A stretch of DNA of 64,000 bases from an uncultured delta proteobacterium. GTDB taxonomy: Bacteria > Desulfobacterota > Binatia > UBA9968. The notes under the pieces were generated by a model. It did no database searches. It saw nothing but the letters and a program-made list of their open reading frames with translations, and was not told where the DNA came from. A program made the position numbers and the translations under genes. Positions 59,819 to 64,000 of this stretch are shown here, in pieces (position 1 is the stretch's first letter; the number at the start of each line of letters is the position of its first letter). The DNA lies in the NCBI GenBank assembly GCA_963804165.1, contig CAWDPO010000006.1, positions 64,001-128,000 of the forward strand. The letters are read 5' to 3'.

Positions 59819-62245
59819 ATGTTGTCCTTTCTAAGGAACTCTAAACTCGCTGCGAAATTCACTCTCGTGATTTTCAGCTTTTCCCTCGTCGGCGCGATGC
59901 CATCGCCTTTACCAGCCCAGGAGAACTATCCCTCAGTGGGCAGGTTGTCGTTTATTTCCGGACCGGTTACGTACAGCCGCGGCGACGATCCCGACCAGTG
60001 GGATGATGCAGTAGAAAATTTGCCGCTGTCGATCGGCGATCGGATTTATGCGCCCGAAGACGGACGAGCCGAAGTGCAGCTTTCTTCGGGAAATTTCGTC
60101 CGGCTCGCGCCGCGTAGTTATCTGTCCGCCTTGAACCTAAGTGACGACGTCAAGCAATTTTATCTCGGCGAAGGCGCCGCTTCGTTCAACATTCGAAGAT
60201 TGCCATCGGATGAACTCTTCGAGATCGACACTCCCAATGTGTCCGTGACTTTTGAAGAAGCCGGTCGATATCGCGTGGCTGTGGATGACGATGGGAACAC
60301 CCGCGTCATCGTGCGCCGTGGCAGAGCCACACTCGCGGCGAGCGGCCGTCAAATCGCTGTTGAGAACAGTGAAGTTCGCGTCTATGGCATCGACTCCCCG
60401 AGATATGAAATTGTTGGATTGCCGCCAGTGGACGCTTTCGATCGTTGGGTCTCCGAGCGAGAAGATCGATTCGAGCGCGCCTATAGCGATGCCTACCGGC
60501 ATGCGAGTGATGACATTCTGGGCGTGGAAGATCTCGCCGAGTATGGCCGCTGGGAGGAAATTCCTGATTATGGTTATGCTTGGACACCGACCCGCGTGGC
60601 TGCGGGCTGGCTACCGTTCAGCAGCGGCCGGTGGTATTGGCAGGATCCATGGGGATGGACATGGATCAGCAACGATCGCTGGGGTTGGGCTACCTCGCAC
60701 TACGGCCGCTGGATGCCATACCGGTCGCGTTGGTACTGGGTGCCGGTGCGGCCGAGAACGCGCGTGCGCTACGCGCCCGCCTGCGTGGAGTTTGTCCGGG
60801 TCAGAGACCATGTCGGCTGGTTTCCGCTGCATCCGCGGGATCGTCACTTTCCGTGGTGGGAGCGCCGCGATCGCCGCTTCGATCGCAACGCGACCTATGT
60901 GAACCACACTTACGTCACGGTCGTAAATCGGAATACGTTCGTTACGGCGCGGCCCGTGAACAAGTATATCGTCCGCGATTCCGTGATTATTCGCGATGCC
61001 CGTTCGGCACGCTTCACAGAAGACCTGCCGATCCCGAACCGCTCTTCGCTTCGGATTATATCCGAGAACGGCGGAGGCCGGCGGCATAAACCGGCCGCCA
61101 ACATTCTCAGCAGGACGGCGGTGGTACGGACTGCAGTTCCCAATCCACCGCGCGCATTTCAAGAGAAATTGCCGGAAATCCAGAAAAGTCAAGGCAGACC
61201 GATAGAGCCTGCGCGGATGCTTGCATCCGCGAACAGCGATCGCGGGATGGCCCGTGTGCGTGTGCGGCCCGCAGTCGAGGCACGTGGCGGCGACTTCGCC
61301 CCGCGGAATTCTGCCAGCGGAGGACCCGCTCTCCAACCGGTGACGCAAGCGCGCGGGAAAAAGTTGGCGACACGGGAAACCACCGGGAACGATGCCTCTG
61401 AGAAAGCCGTGAGCGCGCAGAAAGTTCCTGCGGTACAAGCGCCTCAAAGCGAGCCGGGCACGGGAACCGCCGGCCGTTCCGAGCTACGCCGAGAGGAGAA
61501 CCGCGACCGTCAGCAAAACAAGCAGGCTGCCGATCGAGCGCTCCAAACTCAGGAACTCGAGCGCCAGAAGCAAGCGCAGCAGAAGGATGAAGAGGGGAAA
61601 GCGCAACTCCAAAAGCAACAGCAGGAGAAGGAGCGGCAGCAGGCACAGGAACGTCAGTCACGGGAGCAAAAGCAAAAGGCGATCGAAGCGCGCCAGCCGC
61701 AGCAAAAGGCCGCGGAGCACAATGCGCAGGCGCAGAAGCAACAAGCCCAGGAACGCCAGGAACAGCGCTCACGCGAACAGCGACGCCTGGAGGAACTGGA
61801 ACAGGCTCAGCAGCGGGAAGAGCAGCGCAAACTCCAAGCTCAGCAGAATCGACAGGAGCAGGAGCGGCGCGAGCAGCTCAGGCAGCAGCAAGAACGCCAG
61901 GCCCAACAACAGAAGCAACAAGAGCTCAACCGCCGGGAGGAGGCTCAACAGCAACAGGAGCAGCAGCTAAGACAGCAACAGGCGGCGCAGGAGCGCCAGG
62001 CGCGTGAGCAACAGCGGCAGCAAGAGCTCGAGCGAAGGCAGCAGCAACAACAGCGCGAACAGGAGCGGAACATCCAGTTACAGCCACGCCAGGAGCAGGT
62101 CCGGGAACAGCAACTTCGGCAGCAACGAGCCCAAGCACAGCGTGAAGCGCAAGAGGCACAGCGGCAGCAGGAACAAGAACGCCGCTCTCAACCTCGCCAA
62201 CCCCAGCTGCCAGACCGGTTCCTGCAACAACCACAAAAACAGTAG
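59819..62245 (+). CDS. Exported FecR-domain / Trp-rich (DUF6600-like) protein with long Gln/Glu/Arg-rich tail
   Basis: Signal peptide, VGRLS, EIDTPN, GRYRV, DLAEYGRW, WGWTW, WGWATSHYGRW, VGWFPL; ~250-aa Q/E/R low-complexity C-terminus. Confidence 0.85.
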   Translation: MLSFLRNSKLAAKFTLVIFSFSLVGAMPSPLPAQENYPSVGRLSFISGPVTYSRGDDPDQWDDAVENLPLSIGDRIYAPEDGRAEVQLSSGNFVRLAPRSYLSALNLSDDVKQFYLGEGAASFNIRRLPSDELFEIDTPNVSVTFEEAGRYRVAVDDDGNTRVIVRRGRATLAASGRQIAVENSEVRVYGIDSPRYEIVGLPPVDAFDRWVSEREDRFERAYSDAYRHASDDILGVEDLAEYGRWEEIPDYGYAWTPTRVAAGWLPFSSGRWYWQDPWGWTWISNDRWGWATSHYGRWMPYRSRWYWVPVRPRTRVRYAPACVEFVRVRDHVGWFPLHPRDRHFPWWERRDRRFDRNATYVNHTYVTVVNRNTFVTARPVNKYIVRDSVIIRDARSARFTEDLPIPNRSSLRIISENGGGRRHKPAANILSRTAVVRTAVPNPPRAFQEKLPEIQKSQGRPIEPARMLASANSDRGMARVRVRPAVEARGGDFAPRNSASGGPALQPVTQARGKKLATRETTGNDASEKAVSAQKVPAVQAPQSEPGTGTAGRSELRREENRDRQQNKQAADRALQTQELERQKQAQQKDEEGKAQLQKQQQEKERQQAQERQSREQKQKAIEARQPQQKAAEHNAQAQKQQAQERQEQRSREQRRLEELEQAQQREEQRKLQAQQNRQEQERREQLRQQQERQAQQQKQQELNRREEAQQQQEQQLRQQQAAQERQAREQQRQQELERRQQQQQREQERNIQLQPRQEQVREQQLRQQRAQAQREAQEAQRQQEQERRSQPRQPQLPDRFLQQPQKQ

Positions 62246-62375
62246 AGTTTCGATTCTCTACCTTCCAACGCAAGCGCAAGGGCTTCGTCGATTCGCGCCT
62301 TGAATCGTTTGCATTTGCCGCGTATCGCCCAATATGATCAGATGGCTTGCCAGCGTCGAAAGGAAGGGACTCTAC

Positions 62376-62576
62376 ATGGGCCAATTAGATAAAGACGGAA
62401 TCCTCACACTACAGGAGCTGATGATAACGGCGCTAGCCACGGCTGACCTCGTAGCCAAGCTCTTGATCGAGAAAGGCGTAATTACGAAAGAAGAGTTCGA
62501 CATGAAGCTCTTCGGTGAGCGCGCGAATTATCAGGGACTGTTGCAGCGGCTCGGAGAAACTCCCATCGACGCCTGA
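62376..62576 (+). CDS. Small hypothetical protein
   Basis: RBS-like GGAAGGG; amphipathic KLLIEKGVITKEEF segment. Confidence 0.65.
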   Translation: MGQLDKDGILTLQELMITALATADLVAKLLIEKGVITKEEFDMKLFGERANYQGLLQRLGETPIDA

Positions 62577-62770
62577 CGTAAGGCGACAAGATGAGGCCAG
62601 GTCTCCCCGCGCGTTCAGCCCTTTTACTCGATGACACCATTTGAAGTTTAGCGAAAACGCCCTGTCCTCAGTTGTCCGCAATTTCTATTTCCGGCGCGCG
62701 AAGTTCAAACGCCCTGGGCTGAACCAGATGTTGCATACATTGTCCGTAAGCGTGCCGGCGTAATTCCTCC

Positions 62771-63964
62771 ATGTCGTTTGCACAAGCAATCGCCTGCTCG
62801 CGCTGTGAGAAGCACTTCACTCTGTCTGAATTGTTGAACCTCTGCCCTTGCGGGTCGCCTCTGCTGGTTCGCTACGACCTTGAAGAGGCGAAATCAGCTT
62901 TCGCTAAGACTGCACTCGCGGGTCGAGTTGCTTCACTGTGGCGCTACCGCGAGCTCTTGCCGCTGCAAGATGACGCCAATCTGATTTCCCTGGGCGAGGG
63001 CTACACACCGCTTCTCGACGCGAAGAAACTCAGTGCCGAGCTTGACTTGCGGCGACTGTGGATCAAGGACGAAGCACAAAACCCGACCGGCTCGTTCAAG
63101 GACAGAGGGCTTTCGCTGGCGATCTCGCGGGCGAAAGAGCTCGGCGTAAAAAAAGCCGCGATTCCGTCGGCCGGCAACGCCGGCGGATCTTTCGCGGCCT
63201 ATGCGGCGCACGCAGGCATAGAAGCCCACGTGTTCATGCCGCGCGATACGCCCGCGGCCAATCAAATCGAAGTCGCGCAGTACGGTGCCAAGCTCACGCT
63301 CATCGACGGTCTTATTAACGACTGCGGCCGGATCATCGCCGAGAGGAAAGCTACGGAAGGTTGGTTCGATGTCTCGACGCTGAAAGAGCCCTATCGTGTC
63401 GAAGGCAAGAAGACGATGGGATACGAAATCGCCGAGCAGCTCAATTGGCATCTGCCGGATGTGATTATCTATCCCACCGGCGGCGGCACGGGGCTCATCG
63501 GCATGTGGAAAGCATTTGGCGAGCTCGAAGAGCTAGGCTGGATCGGCAGCGCGCGGCCGCGCATGGTTTCGGTTCAAGCCAGCGGTTGCGCGCCGATCGT
63601 CAAAGCGTTTAGCGATAACAAGGCAACCGCCGAGCCGTGGCTGAATGCGCAAACCGTCGCTTCCGGTCTGCGCGTGCCCCAGGCGGTTGCGGATTTCCTA
63701 ATGCTACAGATCCTCCGCGAGAGCGGCGGCACAGCGCTAAGTGTCAGCGACGATGAAATGTTGGCGGAGATTCCGCGAGTGGGAAAAGTCGAGGGGATTT
63801 TTTTCTGCCCCGAGGGCGCCGCGTGCGTAGCGGCGCTGCGCCGTCTGGTCGCCAACGGGTGGATCAAATCCGACGACGCGGTGATTATTTTCAACACCGC
63901 CAGCGGCCTCAAGTATCTGGACGTTATCCAAAGAAATGTTTCTAAGACGGATCTACCGAGATAG
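62771..63964 (+). CDS. thrC: Threonine synthase
   Basis: SLWRY, LGEGYTPL, NPTGSFKDRG (PLP Lys), SAGNAG, EGKKT, PTGGG. Confidence 0.92.
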   Translation: MSFAQAIACSRCEKHFTLSELLNLCPCGSPLLVRYDLEEAKSAFAKTALAGRVASLWRYRELLPLQDDANLISLGEGYTPLLDAKKLSAELDLRRLWIKDEAQNPTGSFKDRGLSLAISRAKELGVKKAAIPSAGNAGGSFAAYAAHAGIEAHVFMPRDTPAANQIEVAQYGAKLTLIDGLINDCGRIIAERKATEGWFDVSTLKEPYRVEGKKTMGYEIAEQLNWHLPDVIIYPTGGGTGLIGMWKAFGELEELGWIGSARPRMVSVQASGCAPIVKAFSDNKATAEPWLNAQTVASGLRVPQAVADFLMLQILRESGGTALSVSDDEMLAEIPRVGKVEGIFFCPEGAACVAALRRLVANGWIKSDDAVIIFNTASGLKYLDVIQRNVSKTDLPR

Positions 63965-64000
63965 CTCTGAGAAATGTCACGCTTTGCTGCGCCCGGATTT

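Overview
A GC-rich bacterial chromosomal region with about 58 protein-coding loci and no rRNA, tRNA or CRISPR array detected. The gene mix (many orphan NitT/TauT-type and TctC solute-binding proteins, amidohydrolases, VOC proteins, LLM monooxygenases, GSTs) resembles Candidatus Binatia-like deltaproteobacterial MAGs (inference). About ten genes carry 1-2 nt frameshifts, so part of the apparent pseudogenisation may be assembly error. Main modules: an Fe3+/polyamine-type ABC operon; a FecR/OmpA pair converging on a STAS, anti-sigma kinase, MBL hydrolase and CHASE2-PP2C partner-switching operon; a lower-GC defence-like islet (BrnT/BrnA, solo HicB, an ApeA-like HEPN gene split by an IS1182-like element with TIRs and a 6-bp TSD); a TetR-RND cassette between a cupin gene and a diverged copy of its 3' end; a HigBA-like TA pair with twin operators; a REP-associated HUH tyrosine transposase (RAYT) bounded by 18-bp inverted repeats with irregular 'stutter' arrays outside each end, sitting between tcuB and a diverged copy of the tcuB 3' end; a TTT-tcuAB cluster; a hidden PrdB-like selenoprotein (in-frame TGA, UxxC motif, SECIS-like hairpin); a FecR/Trp-rich/Gln-rich protein; and threonine synthase. 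Intergenic DNA holds several distinct palindromic or inverted-tandem repeat families, including a MITE whose two copies carry different internal cargo.
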